NCBI GenBank assembly: GCA_963761335.1
Contig: CAVXGR010000018.1
Coordinates: 544,001 to 608,000 of the forward strand
Length of the DNA: 64,000 nucleotides
Origin: an uncultured delta proteobacterium
Lineage (GTDB): Bacteria; Desulfobacterota; Binatia; HRBIN30; BPIQ01
Direction of reading: 5' to 3'
Part shown: positions 10,074-20,566 of the stretch, piece by piece
Position numbering within the stretch: position 1 is the stretch's first letter
How the letters are laid out: the number at the start of each line of letters is the position of its first letter
The notes under the pieces: model-generated
What the model was told of the DNA's origin: nothing
Database searches by the model: none
What the model saw: the letters and a program-made list of their open reading frames with translations, nothing else
Translations under genes and position numbers: made by a program

Positions 10074-11318
10074 TCATCGACTGCCCTCGAGGCGCCGCAG
10101 GGCGTCGCGCATCAGACGCACGTCGGTATCGGTGATTCCGTCGAACCACGGCAGCTGAATGGCATTTTCCCCGAGCGCTGCGGCGACCGGGCAGCCGGCG
10201 GCGTCGCCCCAGGCGATCATCGGAGAGGGCAAAGCGTCGACGCCGGCGGCCGCCAGCCGGCGCAGGGCGGCGTCGCGATCGGAGACCACCGCGATCTGCG
10301 CGTACTCGGCCGACTCGGCGAGCACCTCCGCGGCGAAGAGAAGCCCGGCTGGCAGCCCCTCGGCGAGCACCCGCGCCAGCCGGCGGCGCTCCGCGAGGCG
10401 CCCGGGCAGCGAGGCGAGCTGCCGCAGCCCGGCTCGCAGGAACGGTGCGCTGGGCACCGATGGCGAACGCGGCGCCGCCGGATCGGCGCCGTCGGCGCCG
10501 CGCTTGAGGAAGGGGCGGATGTGCCGTTTGTAGAACGGGATGGCACCCCCGCCGGCGCTCAGATGGACGAAGGCGCGATGTCCTATGGCGTTGTAGATCG
10601 CCGGGGTGGTGGCTGTCTCCAGGGCGGTCGCTCCGAGAAGGCGTGTCAGGGAGGTCAGGATGCCGGCCGGCGCACAGGGCTGCGCCGCCTTGCGCACCGC
10701 CGCCGCCAGCGCCGCATCCGCGGAGTGGGCGATGCCGCCGCCGCCGCAGTCGATGAGCTTGAAGGGCGCCAGGCTGGTGAACGAGGCGGTCACCAGGCTG
10801 CGCACCGCCGGCATCGCGAACGGCGCAATCGGTGCGTGCGCGCAGTCCTCGATCAGGGCGACGCCGTGCCGCGCCGCGATGGCGCCGATGGCCTCGATCG
10901 GCGCCGGCCGCCCGAAGAGGTGGATGACGGCCAGCGCCACGACGTCCGGCCCCAGCAGGGCATCGATTCGTTGCGGATCGATGGCGCCGTCGAGACGCCG
11001 CACGTCGCAGGCGACCGGTTCGAGCCCGAGCGAGGTGACCACTTCGAGCAGGCTGCGGTCCGCATACGCCGGCAGGACGACGCGGCGCTGGCCGGGGCGG
11101 GCGATCGCCTCGAGCAGGAAGCGGAAGGCGTCGCGCCCCGAAGGCACGAGAACCGCCGATCCGCCGCCGTTGGCGGCAGCGTAGGCCTCCTCGAGGCGCG
11201 TGCGTTCCGCCTCGAACTCGTCTGGCCCGCGCCTCCAGGCGCCGAGGATCTCGCGCATCGGCGGTCGCTGGCGCGCCGGACGCAGCGCCGGGACGGCTGT
11301 TCTCGGGAATCGGGGCAC
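10074..11318 (-). CDS. DegT/DnrJ/EryC1/StrS-family PLP aminotransferase-like protein
   Basis: VPSGRDA, VIHLFG, LIEDCAHA, SLAPFKLIDCGGGG (PLP lysine), IQLPW. Confidence 0.8.
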   Translation of the reverse strand: MPRFPRTAVPALRPARQRPPMREILGAWRRGPDEFEAERTRLEEAYAAANGGGSAVLVPSGRDAFRFLLEAIARPGQRRVVLPAYADRSLLEVVTSLGLEPVACDVRRLDGAIDPQRIDALLGPDVVALAVIHLFGRPAPIEAIGAIAARHGVALIEDCAHAPIAPFAMPAVRSLVTASFTSLAPFKLIDCGGGGIAHSADAALAAAVRKAAQPCAPAGILTSLTRLLGATALETATTPAIYNAIGHRAFVHLSAGGGAIPFYKRHIRPFLKRGADGADPAAPRSPSVPSAPFLRAGLRQLASLPGRLAERRRLARVLAEGLPAGLLFAAEVLAESAEYAQIAVVSDRDAALRRLAAAGVDALPSPMIAWGDAAGCPVAAALGENAIQLPWFDGITDTDVRLMRDALRRLEGSR

Positions 11319-11349
11319 GCCGGAAGCTCGCCCGAAGCGGCGGCGCCCG

Positions 11350-12303
11350 TCAAGCCGCCGCGGGCACCAGCAACCGGCGGAGGAGCGGACGCACGAAGGC
11401 GATCCCCGCGACTGCCGGCGCCAACTTCACTACCGCCGAGGAAGCCAGCCCCGCGGCCAGCAGCTCCGCGGGAGCGCCATATGGAGCCAGTAGGAAGGTG
11501 ATCGCCGCCTCGCGAATGCCGAGCCCCATCGGGGTCGCCGGCAGGCCGGCTGCGAAGACGACCATGGGCACGAAGAGCACCATTGCCGAGAGGGGTACCT
11601 GCAGGTGAAAGGCGCGCAGCACCAGCCCGTACGCGCCGAGCTCGAGGATCACCAGAACGGCCGTCCAGGCGGCGACGGCCGGCGCCTGTTCCCAGACCCA
11701 CGGGGGCTGCGCGTCGCCGAGGCGGTGCCGCCATCGTTCGAGGCGCGGCCGCCACACCGCCAGCGCCACGATCGGAATGATTGCCAGCGCGGCGGCCAGC
11801 AGGCCGAGCGCTCCCTCTCGCAGCGCCAGGCCGACCGCCACCAGGACCGCCAGAGCGCCGGCGTCGCTGCCGGCATCGATGATCGCCAAGATTCCGGCGC
11901 GGGCGATGGAGAGCCCGAAGCGGCGATTCAGATACGAGATGCGCAGCAGCTCGCCCGACTTGAAGGGGATGAGCTGGCGCACCGGATAGGTGCCCATGCG
12001 CAACACGGTGGTCTCCCACATCCCGGCGGGCGTTCCGAGCAGCGCCAGGATGCGGCGGAGCTTTGCGGAGGAGACGACGATCTCCGCCACCAGGCTGGCG
12101 GCGACCGCGGCGCCGAGGAGCCAGGGATCGGCGCGGGTCGCGGCATCCCTCAGGGCATCGAGACGCGTGTTGCGGCAGAGCAGAGCGAGGATGGCCGCCA
12201 CCGCAAGCCATCCGGCGGCCCCCACCAGCAGCGGCCGACGGTTGGAGTTCCCTCTCCCCGCATTTTCGCGGGGAGAGGGCAGGGTGAGGGGTTCCTGTTT
12301 CAC
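11350..12303 (-). CDS. Lysylphosphatidylglycerol synthase-like TM protein (UPF0104/flippase-like); start uncertain
   Basis: Multiple TM helices; IPFKSGELLR; LPATPMGLGIREAA. Confidence 0.8.
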   Translation of the reverse strand: MKQEPLTLPSPRENAGRGNSNRRPLLVGAAGWLAVAAILALLCRNTRLDALRDAATRADPWLLGAAVAASLVAEIVVSSAKLRRILALLGTPAGMWETTVLRMGTYPVRQLIPFKSGELLRISYLNRRFGLSIARAGILAIIDAGSDAGALAVLVAVGLALREGALGLLAAALAIIPIVALAVWRPRLERWRHRLGDAQPPWVWEQAPAVAAWTAVLVILELGAYGLVLRAFHLQVPLSAMVLFVPMVVFAAGLPATPMGLGIREAAITFLLAPYGAPAELLAAGLASSAVVKLAPAVAGIAFVRPLLRRLLVPAAA

Positions 12304-12384
12304 TGAAGCTCGAGAATTTTCGCGGCGCTCAATGAGGCGGCACCCTCATCCTGGCCTTCTCCCGCAGAGAATGCGGGAGAAGGG
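12250..12384. repeat. REP-like palindromic doublet
   Basis: ccctctccccgc...gcggggagagggcagggtgagggg plus inverted ccctcatcctggccttctcccgc...gcgggagaaggg. Confidence 0.7.
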
Positions 12385-12421
12385 ACCCACGCCCGCATCG
12401 CTCTGCCGATTGCGACATCCG

Positions 12422-13181
12422 TCAATCGGTGCCCGGTGCCGCTGGCGTGCTGCGCCGGTGGTTCGCGTAGATCTGATCACGCCAGGTGAGCAGGTCGGGA
12501 TACTCGCCGGCGAGCCGCTCCTGGGTGCGCGCCGCGCGAGTCGCCGGGCCGAGCCGCAGATAGGCGTCGTCAACCGGCTGCACGTAGGAGAGTGCCGTCG
12601 CCATGGCGACGTCGGCGTAGGAGAAGCGGTTGCCGAGCAGGTAGCTGCCCTCTCCGAGCCCGGCACGCAGCTCGTCGAGGGCCCGGCGCAGCGCCAGCTC
12701 GGCGACCTCGACGGCGGGCGCGTCGAGAGCGAGAGTGCCCAGGCGGCGCCGCATCCGCGCTCGCGCCAGCGGCCGAAATAGTGGACGCACGGCGGCCGGG
12801 ATCTCCGCGGGCAGGGTCTCGTCGATCGCCGCGCCGTTGTCCTCGGCGAGCCTCCGGGCGGCAAGTGTGCGCCCGGCGACGATGGCGCGATCGGCGCAGC
12901 TTGTTCCAGCGGACGACGGCGGTGATCCCGGGAATCATGCGCGCCCGCGTACCGGCGCGTTCGGCGTGCTGCACGATCTGAAAGGACCCGGCGATCACCT
13001 GGCTGCCGTCGCGCATGACCGGCAGCAGGATGCGGCCGGTCGGCTGCCGGGCGAACAGGCGCAGCCACGGCAGGCCGAGGACGGGGCGGTAGACGGTGTA
13101 GCGGTAGCGGATGCCGTGGTGATCCAGCATCCACTGGGCCCGCTCCGACCACGGCGACCACGGCAGCCCGACGAAGTGCAT
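12422..13181 (-). pseudogene. Glutathione S-transferase-like protein with an apparent frameshift near 12898
   Basis: N-part MHFVGLPWSPWSERAQWMLDHHGIRY...LPVM...GSFQI; C-part in another frame ...YLLGNRFSYADVAMA; joined by removing one base. May be a sequencing error. Confidence 0.7.
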
Positions 13182-13287
13182 GCCGGCCGCCGGGGAGGTC
13201 CGACCCGGGACCTCCCGAGGCAACACCGCGGCCGGGGTATTTTCATTTTGACACTCCTGGAGCGATCGCATTAGACTGAGAAGATCA

Positions 13288-15168
13288 ATGAAGCTTGCGT
13301 TTGTGTACCCTACCTTCCACACGCAGATTTTCAATGAAAATCTGCCGACCGTGGACGACGAGTTCGGCCTTTTTCCGCACCTCGGCTTCGGCTGGGCCTC
13401 GCGTGTGGCCAAGGAGCTCGGCTGGGAGGTGCGCCTCTTCGACGGCCTCGCCAACCGCTCGCCCGTCGAGGACGTCATCGAGATGGTGCGCGAGTGGAAT
13501 CCGGATCTGGTCGGGTTCTCGGCGCACGCCTGCCAGACGTTCCGCTTCATGCTCGGCTGGGCGAAGCGCATCAAGGAGGAGACGGGGCTGCCGACACTGG
13601 TCGGCGGCTATGAGGCGAAGGCCTATCCGGAAGAGGTCATGGCCAACGGGTGCTTCGACTACCTGTGCGCCGGTGAGAACATCAGCTTCCTGCGCGAGTT
13701 TCTCCCCGCCTTCGAGAAGGGGCGCGGTTACGAGTCGGTGGCGGATCTCTACTACTGGGATCGCGGCCAGCTCCGCCACACGGCGCCGCGGACGACCAAG
13801 CTGGCATTCTCCGAGTTCCCCTTTCCCGATCGCAGCATCTATCCCAACCACCTCTACTACTCGCACGTCTCGCAGCGGCGCTACTTCACCATCGGCATGA
13901 GCGAGGTCGGCTGCCCGTACCCGTGCTCCTTCTGCTGCATGCGCACCAGCGGCTTCGACGCGCGCTCGCCGGCGCAGCTGATCGAGGAGATGGAGGAGTG
14001 CATCGCCCTCGGCATCCACGAGATCGACTGGTTCGATCCGCTGATGCTGCACAACCGCGAGCGCATGCTGGAGTTGGCCCGCGAGCACCGCCGGCGCAAC
14101 CTCGACATCATCTGGTCGTGCCGCTCGCGCATCGACTCGCTGTCCTTTCACCGCTCCGACGGCAAGGTCGACGAGGAGCTCATCCGCACCATCGCCGAGG
14201 GCGGTTGCCGGCGCATCTTCTTCGGCATCGAGTCCGGCGACGACGAGATCCTGGCGGCGATGATGAAGGGGCAGAGGGCGACCAGCCAGATCCGCAAGGT
14301 GCTCGACTGCGTCAAGGAGCACGGCATCATGGCGCTGGGCTTCTTCATCCTGGGAGCGCCCGACGACACCATCGAGACCTGCAAGAAGACCATCGACTTC
14401 TCGCTGACGCTGCCGCTCTCCTACGCGCAGTTCCAGCTGGCGATCATCAAGCCGCACACCGAGCTGGAGAAGCGCCACATCATCGATGCCACCGGCATCG
14501 ACTACTGGCGCGAGTACATGCGCGGCACGGTGGACGAGCACCTCCTGCCGACGCCGTGGACCAAGCTCAGTCGCCCCGAGCTCGAGCGCCTGGCGCGCAG
14601 CGCCTATTTCCGCTTCTACAGCCGGCCCCGGTACGCCCTGCCCATGCTCTTCCGCATCGAGTCGTTCGACGAGCTGCAGCGCTATTTCCGCGTCGGCGTG
14701 CAGCTGGCGCTGCGGCCCTTGCGGCCGCCCACGGGCAAGAAGCTGCCGGCCTGGCGCCGCGCCCTGCGGGCCAGCGGTACCTTCACCGAGGCACTGATGA
14801 CCGCGGCCAACCCCGGAGCGCGCCACCCGGTGTTCCGCGCCGGAGGCGGCGTCAAGGGCGCTTACCGCCTGGCGAAGGCGGAGTACCACCGCTCGATCTC
14901 CGACCCGATGCTCACCGTCGATCGCGCCCGGGAGCTGCTCAGGCAGATCACCGCGAACGGCGGCACCATCTCGCCGGCGACGCCGAAGGTGGCGAACAAT
15001 CGCTACCTGCCGGTGATGGACCAGCTGCGCGACGCGGCGCGCCGAGAGGCAGCGGCGCGCAACGGCAACGGGAATGGCAACGGGAATGGGTCCGCTGTGG
15101 CGAAACGCGCCGGCGAGGCGGCAGCGGAGCCCTCGGTGACGCTTCCCGTCGTCGGCGAGAGCGCCTGA
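13288..15168 (+). CDS. B12-binding domain radical SAM protein (class B-like)
   Basis: N-terminal cobalamin-binding-like domain (PDLVGFS, LVGG); GCPYPCSFC; FGIESGDD; FFILGAPDDT. Confidence 0.9.
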   Translation: MKLAFVYPTFHTQIFNENLPTVDDEFGLFPHLGFGWASRVAKELGWEVRLFDGLANRSPVEDVIEMVREWNPDLVGFSAHACQTFRFMLGWAKRIKEETGLPTLVGGYEAKAYPEEVMANGCFDYLCAGENISFLREFLPAFEKGRGYESVADLYYWDRGQLRHTAPRTTKLAFSEFPFPDRSIYPNHLYYSHVSQRRYFTIGMSEVGCPYPCSFCCMRTSGFDARSPAQLIEEMEECIALGIHEIDWFDPLMLHNRERMLELAREHRRRNLDIIWSCRSRIDSLSFHRSDGKVDEELIRTIAEGGCRRIFFGIESGDDEILAAMMKGQRATSQIRKVLDCVKEHGIMALGFFILGAPDDTIETCKKTIDFSLTLPLSYAQFQLAIIKPHTELEKRHIIDATGIDYWREYMRGTVDEHLLPTPWTKLSRPELERLARSAYFRFYSRPRYALPMLFRIESFDELQRYFRVGVQLALRPLRPPTGKKLPAWRRALRASGTFTEALMTAANPGARHPVFRAGGGVKGAYRLAKAEYHRSISDPMLTVDRARELLRQITANGGTISPATPKVANNRYLPVMDQLRDAARREAAARNGNGNGNGNGSAVAKRAGEAAAEPSVTLPVVGESA

Positions 15169-15194
15169 CGAGTGCCCCCGTCCTCAGCCCTCGG

Positions 15195-16358
15195 ATGGGA
15201 GATCTGCCGGTCAAGGGCGAGCGGATGACCTCTCCTCAACTGTCTCCGGTCGAGCCGCGCACCGCTCTCGAGAGCGTCGCCTGTCCGGTCAACTCGCACA
15301 ACGAGTGGGACCCTCTCGAAGAGGTGATCGTCGGCCGGCTCGAAGGGGCGACGGTTCCCGCCAGCGAGGCGGTGCAGCACCGCTTCACGCCCGCGAAGCG
15401 CCTGGCCTACCGGCTGCTCGTCGGCCGGCCCTATCCCCGCCTGCTCGTGGAGCCGGCGAAGCGGCAGCTCGATGAGTTCATCCACGTTCTGGAGGGGGAG
15501 GGCATCACCGTCCGCCGTCCCAGCGTCGTCGACTACTCCGCCGTCTATGCCACGCCGCACTGGCGTTCGAAGGGCTTCTGCTCCGCCTGCCCGCGCGACG
15601 GCTTTCTGGTCATCGGCGACCAGATCATCGAGACGCCGATGTCGTGGCGCTCGCGCCATTTCGAGATCTATGCATATCGGGCGCTGTTCAAGGAGTACTT
15701 CGCCCGGGGCGCGCGCTGGGTCTCGGCGCCTCGGCCGGAGCTTCCCGACGAGCTCTACGAGGCGCCCGAGGACGGGCTCCTGGAAGGGCCGCCGAGCCGC
15801 TACGCGGTGAACGAGCTCGAGCCCGTATTCGACGCCGCCGATTTCGTCCGCTGCGGCCGCGACATCTTCTTCCAGCGCAGCAACGTCACCAACCGCAGTG
15901 GCATCGAGTGGCTGCGGCGGCACCTCGGCGACGATTACCGCCTGCACGAGATCCGCAGCAAGTGCCCCAACCCGAAGCACATCGACACCACGTTCATGCC
16001 CCTCGCGCCGGGCAAGGTGCTCGTCAACCCGGTCTGGATCGACGGCGCGCAGCTGCCACCGATTCTGAAATCGTGGGACGTCCTCGTGGCTCCCGATCCG
16101 GCTCCGGTGAAGGACCTCAAGCTGTCCCTGATCCGCCGCGTGTCCATGGTGAGCCAGTGGGTCGCCCTCAACGTGCTGATGCTCGACGAGAAGCGCGTCA
16201 TCGTCGAGCAGAGCCAGGTGCCCATGCAGCGGGCGCTCAAGGACTGGGGCTTCGAGCCCATTCCCTGCGCCTTTCTCTACTACCAGCCGTTCGGCGGCTC
16301 TTTTCACTGCGCCACGCTCGACGTGCGCCGGCGGGGGGAGCTGCAGTCGTACTTCTGA
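15195..16358 (+). CDS. Amidinotransferase (glycine amidinotransferase / StrB1-like)
   Basis: SHNEWDPLEEVIVGR, CPRD, FDAADFVRCGRDIF, HIDTTF, GGSFHCATLDVRRRG. Start at ATG 15195 or 15225. Confidence 0.92.
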   Translation: MGDLPVKGERMTSPQLSPVEPRTALESVACPVNSHNEWDPLEEVIVGRLEGATVPASEAVQHRFTPAKRLAYRLLVGRPYPRLLVEPAKRQLDEFIHVLEGEGITVRRPSVVDYSAVYATPHWRSKGFCSACPRDGFLVIGDQIIETPMSWRSRHFEIYAYRALFKEYFARGARWVSAPRPELPDELYEAPEDGLLEGPPSRYAVNELEPVFDAADFVRCGRDIFFQRSNVTNRSGIEWLRRHLGDDYRLHEIRSKCPNPKHIDTTFMPLAPGKVLVNPVWIDGAQLPPILKSWDVLVAPDPAPVKDLKLSLIRRVSMVSQWVALNVLMLDEKRVIVEQSQVPMQRALKDWGFEPIPCAFLYYQPFGGSFHCATLDVRRRGELQSYF

Positions 16359-16390
16359 TCGCCCGCCGCATCGCACACCTTCTGAAACGA

Positions 16391-17698
16391 ATGCCTTCCG
16401 CAAGATCTGCTCTCCTCCGCGTCGTCGCTCTCGCCGCGATCGCCGGATTGCTGGTCATCGAGAGACGCATCTGGCCAATCGCCGTCGGCGGGGCGATGGT
16501 CGTCGTCGTCGCCGTGGCCCTGTGGCGGCCGCGATGGCGGCCGCGTGCCGAGGGCCTCGAGCTGTCGCTGGTCGCCTTCGCCGTGACCCTGCTGCTCGCC
16601 GACGTCTTCGCGACGGCCGTGTGGCCGGGCGTGCGCCTGAGCAGCATGTTCTTTCAGTTCGGGTTCTTCCGGCACAATCCGATGAGCTCGCAGGTGATCT
16701 GGGGAAGCTGCCCGCGGGCTCGCTGGCGCCCGGGCAACTGGGGCCATGTGCCGCGCAATGACGACGGCTTCGCGGTGTACCCGATCGGCGGTGGCGGCGA
16801 CTTCACGGTGCTTCTCGTCGGCGACTCGGTGGTGAGCGTCGGCATGCCGGAGATCCTCGCCGACGCCTTCACCGCCTCCGGCCTCCACGGCCGCCTGCTC
16901 GATTCCTCCATGGGCGGCTACGACCAGGCCGACGAGAACTGCATCGTCGAGCAGCAGCTGCAGCGCAAGAAGCCGGATCTGGTGATTCTCGGGCTCTGTC
17001 TCAACGACTTCGCGGGGCGGCCGCTGATCACCGACCTCGGCGGCGGGACGCGGGAGTACAGCTGGGGGGGCAGCTTCGACGAGCGGCAGCAGGGGCTCGA
17101 TCGCCTTCCCCTGTTTCTGGAGAGCGGCGAGCACTGGGTCGAACGGAATCGCCAGCACCTGATCGAGAAGTTCGGAGATGCCGCCGTCTTTGACGTGGCC
17201 GACCCGAAGATCATGGAGCACTATGTGGACGGGCCCGATTTCGCCTACGGTCGCGCCCACCTGCGCAAGACGGTGGAGCAACTGAAGAACGCCGGCGTCC
17301 CCGCCGTCTACCTTCCCTTTCCGCTGAACTATCGCCACGCGGAGGTCGCCAATCCGCTCTACGACGCCATCATGGGCGTCCTCCGCGACACCGTGGTCGT
17401 CGATCTGCGGCCGGTCTACGCCAATCTCTCCAGCGACGACCTGCGCGACTTCCCTCCGGGTCCGGAAGCGGAGCGCTTCCGGGCGCGGCTGCTCCAGTAC
17501 AGCGACGTCATCCACTTCGGACCGTTCGCCATGTACCTCGCCGCCGATGCGACGCTGGCCGCAGCCCAATCGCGGCTCGGCATGTCCGGTCTCGCTGGCG
17601 GCCGGCAGGAGATTCGCCGTGCGCTGGCCGACCAGGGAGAGGTCGCCGGCCGCATGCTGCAGCGCCTGCACTCGCTCTACGGCGAGATCGGCGACTGA
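16391..17698 (+). CDS. Membrane-anchored SGNH hydrolase-like protein
   Basis: About three N-terminal TM helices; LLVGDSV, SMGGY, PDLVILGLCLND, DVIHF. Confidence 0.7.
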   Translation: MPSARSALLRVVALAAIAGLLVIERRIWPIAVGGAMVVVVAVALWRPRWRPRAEGLELSLVAFAVTLLLADVFATAVWPGVRLSSMFFQFGFFRHNPMSSQVIWGSCPRARWRPGNWGHVPRNDDGFAVYPIGGGGDFTVLLVGDSVVSVGMPEILADAFTASGLHGRLLDSSMGGYDQADENCIVEQQLQRKKPDLVILGLCLNDFAGRPLITDLGGGTREYSWGGSFDERQQGLDRLPLFLESGEHWVERNRQHLIEKFGDAAVFDVADPKIMEHYVDGPDFAYGRAHLRKTVEQLKNAGVPAVYLPFPLNYRHAEVANPLYDAIMGVLRDTVVVDLRPVYANLSSDDLRDFPPGPEAERFRARLLQYSDVIHFGPFAMYLAADATLAAAQSRLGMSGLAGGRQEIRRALADQGEVAGRMLQRLHSLYGEIGD

Positions 17699-19500
17699 AG
17701 CTTCGCAGGCTGCTCGAGGAGCGCGAACAGCGCGGCTCCCGAGGGGCGCAGGCGCAGCGCCTCGCACTGCGCCGCGGCCTCGGCGGCGCCGCGCACGCGA
17801 ACCGGTACGAGCGAGCGGGTTGCCTTCCGGACGTCGGCGAGCGGAAGGTCGAGGGCCAGACGGGCGGCCTCCAGCCAGCGAAACTCGTCGAAGTCGGCTG
17901 CGGGCAGATCACTGAAGAGATCCCTGTGCACCCAAAAGGGGACGAAGAGGTATTCGCGGCTCGCTGCCGGGTCCGAAGCGTTGCGGCTCGTCGCCGCTTG
18001 CGTGCCGCGGAACGCGGGCGGCCACGGTCCGGACCATTTCGATTGGCGCGACAGACGATCAGTTGGGATGTCTTGGGGCTTCAGGGCCAGCAGCCTTGCC
18101 AGCCACAACGCCTGCTCGCTCCAATCGTCTCCTGCCCGGGCAACTGCCTGGCGGCAGCGCGGCAGTAGGCCGTAGTCCTCGACGCAGTGCTGGTGCATCC
18201 AGGCGAGGGCCGTGTAGAGCGTCGGCGGGCAGCCGGAGGGGGGGCGCAGCTCCGCCAGGCGCACGCTGTCGTCGAGCAGTGCCATCAACGGCGCTTCGGG
18301 ATCGGCGTCATAAGCGGGATATCTGAGGAAATGGATGCTCGAGCCCGAGGCGACCCCGCGGCTGAGCTGGTCGTACTCCCGCTGCTTGGCGCCGAGCCGA
18401 CAGGTGGTGAGCGTGAACGCCGTCGTGCCCAGAACCCACACCGCGATCACGGCGGCGAGCGGAATCGCCAGGCGCGGGCGGGCGCCCCAGAGCGCCTGCA
18501 GGGCCATGGCGGTCTGCGGCACGAGCAGCGGCAGAACCGCGATCTGGTGCTCCTGCGCCGCGGCGCCGTTGAGGTAGATGAGAGTGTAGGCGAGCGCCGG
18601 CAGCAGCAACGGCGACGACAGCGCCGGGATCAGTGGACGATGCCGCTGATTCCAGAGCACCAAGGGAACCGCCAGCAGCAGGGCGTTGGTCGCCGGGAAG
18701 AGGAGCAGCTGGTGCCCGAGGCGCTGCGAGTACTGGTCGACGCGCCCCACCAGGTACGAGTACAGCTGCGGGTCATGGCGGGCGAGGGCCAGGTGGGCAG
18801 CCGCGAAGAACGCCGTCCACACGGCGAGCGCCAGGGCTTTGCGGCGGTGTCCGATGCGGTCGGCGCCGAGCAAGGAGGCGGGCAGGACGACCGCCAGAAA
18901 GATCGCCTCCTCCCGGCAGACGAAGGCGAAGACGGCCACGACGCTGCTGAGAGCCAGGGCGATCCAGCCGCGGGCGCCCTCGGGCTCGCGCAGGAAGGCT
19001 TCCACGAGCAACGCCGCCGAGACGAGGCTCCAGGCGAAGGGCGTCACCGGGTTGGCGTCGGCGGCAAAGACCAGGAAGGGCGCGGTGCCGATCAAAGCGA
19101 TCGCTGCCGCAGCCGCCATTCTCCGGCTGGCGCCCGCAGCGACGGCGGCGAGATAGCTCAGCGCCGGCAGCGACCCTGCCAGCAGGCCGTTGAGCCAGAA
19201 GAGACTCTGGTACGGGGACGTTTCGGCCAGCAGCCAGGTGTAGAGCCAGCGCCGCGGCATGCCGGCGCCGATCGCACCGATCGAGTGGAGATAGTACTTG
19301 TAGTCGCAGTACTCGCCGAGGGCGACGAGCGGCTGGGCCGCGGCCAAGGCGGCACCGCTGGCGGCGCAGACGAGGAGAAGGGCGACGCCGTCGCGCCGGC
19401 GGAGACGGAAGGCGAAGGCGAGCAGGAGGATCACCGCCAGCTCGAGGCTCGCGACCGCCGCGAGCCGCAGGGGCAGAAGATCCGCGGGGCCGGTGCTCAT
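17677..19500 (-). CDS. Polytopic membrane protein, GT-C-like
   Basis: About 11 hydrophobic segments; EYCDYKYY loop; REE motif; soluble C-terminus. Confidence 0.55.
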   Translation of the reverse strand: MSTGPADLLPLRLAAVASLELAVILLLAFAFRLRRRDGVALLLVCAASGAALAAAQPLVALGEYCDYKYYLHSIGAIGAGMPRRWLYTWLLAETSPYQSLFWLNGLLAGSLPALSYLAAVAAGASRRMAAAAAIALIGTAPFLVFAADANPVTPFAWSLVSAALLVEAFLREPEGARGWIALALSSVVAVFAFVCREEAIFLAVVLPASLLGADRIGHRRKALALAVWTAFFAAAHLALARHDPQLYSYLVGRVDQYSQRLGHQLLLFPATNALLLAVPLVLWNQRHRPLIPALSSPLLLPALAYTLIYLNGAAAQEHQIAVLPLLVPQTAMALQALWGARPRLAIPLAAVIAVWVLGTTAFTLTTCRLGAKQREYDQLSRGVASGSSIHFLRYPAYDADPEAPLMALLDDSVRLAELRPPSGCPPTLYTALAWMHQHCVEDYGLLPRCRQAVARAGDDWSEQALWLARLLALKPQDIPTDRLSRQSKWSGPWPPAFRGTQAATSRNASDPAASREYLFVPFWVHRDLFSDLPAADFDEFRWLEAARLALDLPLADVRKATRSLVPVRVRGAAEAAAQCEALRLRPSGAALFALLEQPAKLQSPISP

Positions 19501-19549
19501 CCGGTGCGTCGACCGATCACGCCTCCCGCGGCGATGCGCCGGCGCGGAC

Positions 19550-20566
19550 TTACTTCCATGAGAACAGGACGGAGCCCGCCTTGAGGTAGAGCTTGCGCGC
19601 CCCGAGCGGCGAGAAGAGCACGTCGGCGATGAAGCGCGGCGCCTTGCCCGGCGCTTCGCAGCGAAGGCACAGGGGGGCTTCGTTCTGCCGCCGCAGCGCG
19701 TTCATGCGGTCGACCCAGATCGTCTCCAGATCGTCGGTGAGGAGATTGCCGAAGCTGTTGCGGCGCAGCATGTCCTTGCAGCAGACCAGCACCTCGCCGT
19801 CCGGGGCCACGGCGATCTCCTCGAACGGGCGAAAGCAGCGGATTGGTCCGCGCCGCGATGTCTCTCCATCATAGGAGAACTTCTCTTCCCTCTTGATGCG
19901 CAGCAGCCGGTTGCCGGGGTTGACGAAGCGCCGGGCGAGGGCGCCCCGATCGAACTTGGCCGTGTCTGCCGGGGCGATGACCTGCAGCACCACCCAGGTG
20001 CGCGGCGCGCAGGCGCGGATGAAGCGGTTCACCTGCTCTACGCGGCGCTCGGGGAGCTCAGCCACATCGCCCAAGTGGTAGCTCTCCAGCCAGGCGTTCA
20101 GGTTCAGCACCACGACCTCGATGCCGCTGTCCGCCAGGGCGGCGATGCGGCGGTCGTCGAGCAGCATGCCGTTGCTGTAGAGGATGGTGCCGAGGCCGCG
20201 ATGGCGCGCGTGGCGGATCAGGTCGGGCAGCTCGGGGTTCAACAACGGCTCGCCGTAGAAGGAGAAGTCGACCAGCTCCAGATGGGGAGAGAGCTTGTCG
20301 AGGATGGTCTCGAACTGCGCCAGCGACGTGGCGCGCGGCTCCAGCCGCTTGAAATCGAAACAGAAGTTGCAGGTGGCATTGCAGCGACTCGCCGCCGCGA
20401 GCACCAGAATCGAGGGGCGGGTGTGGCGCACCTCGTTGTGCGCGTACTCGGAGAGCGTCGGCAACAGGCGGCCAAAGCGCCGGCGCATAGCGCGAAGGCT
20501 GGCGCCGATGCCGGCGCGTCCGGCGCCTTTGGGCTCTCGGCTCGGAAGGCGAGCGGGGGCGTTCAT
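19550..20566 (-). CDS. Radical SAM/SPASM protein
   Basis: RCNATCNFC, YGEPLLNP, SNG; CFRPFEEIAVAPDGEVLVCCKD...FGNL...CLRC; ATGA overlap with the upstream gene. Confidence 0.9.
   Translation of the reverse strand: MNAPARLPSREPKGAGRAGIGASLRAMRRRFGRLLPTLSEYAHNEVRHTRPSILVLAAASRCNATCNFCFDFKRLEPRATSLAQFETILDKLSPHLELVDFSFYGEPLLNPELPDLIRHARHRGLGTILYSNGMLLDDRRIAALADSGIEVVVLNLNAWLESYHLGDVAELPERRVEQVNRFIRACAPRTWVVLQVIAPADTAKFDRGALARRFVNPGNRLLRIKREEKFSYDGETSRRGPIRCFRPFEEIAVAPDGEVLVCCKDMLRRNSFGNLLTDDLETIWVDRMNALRRQNEAPLCLRCEAPGKAPRFIADVLFSPLGARKLYLKAGSVLFSWK

Noticed and set aside
15058..15090. NGNGNGNG micro-repeat in the B12-rSAM tail
   Set aside because: Short low-complexity linker with no evidence of function
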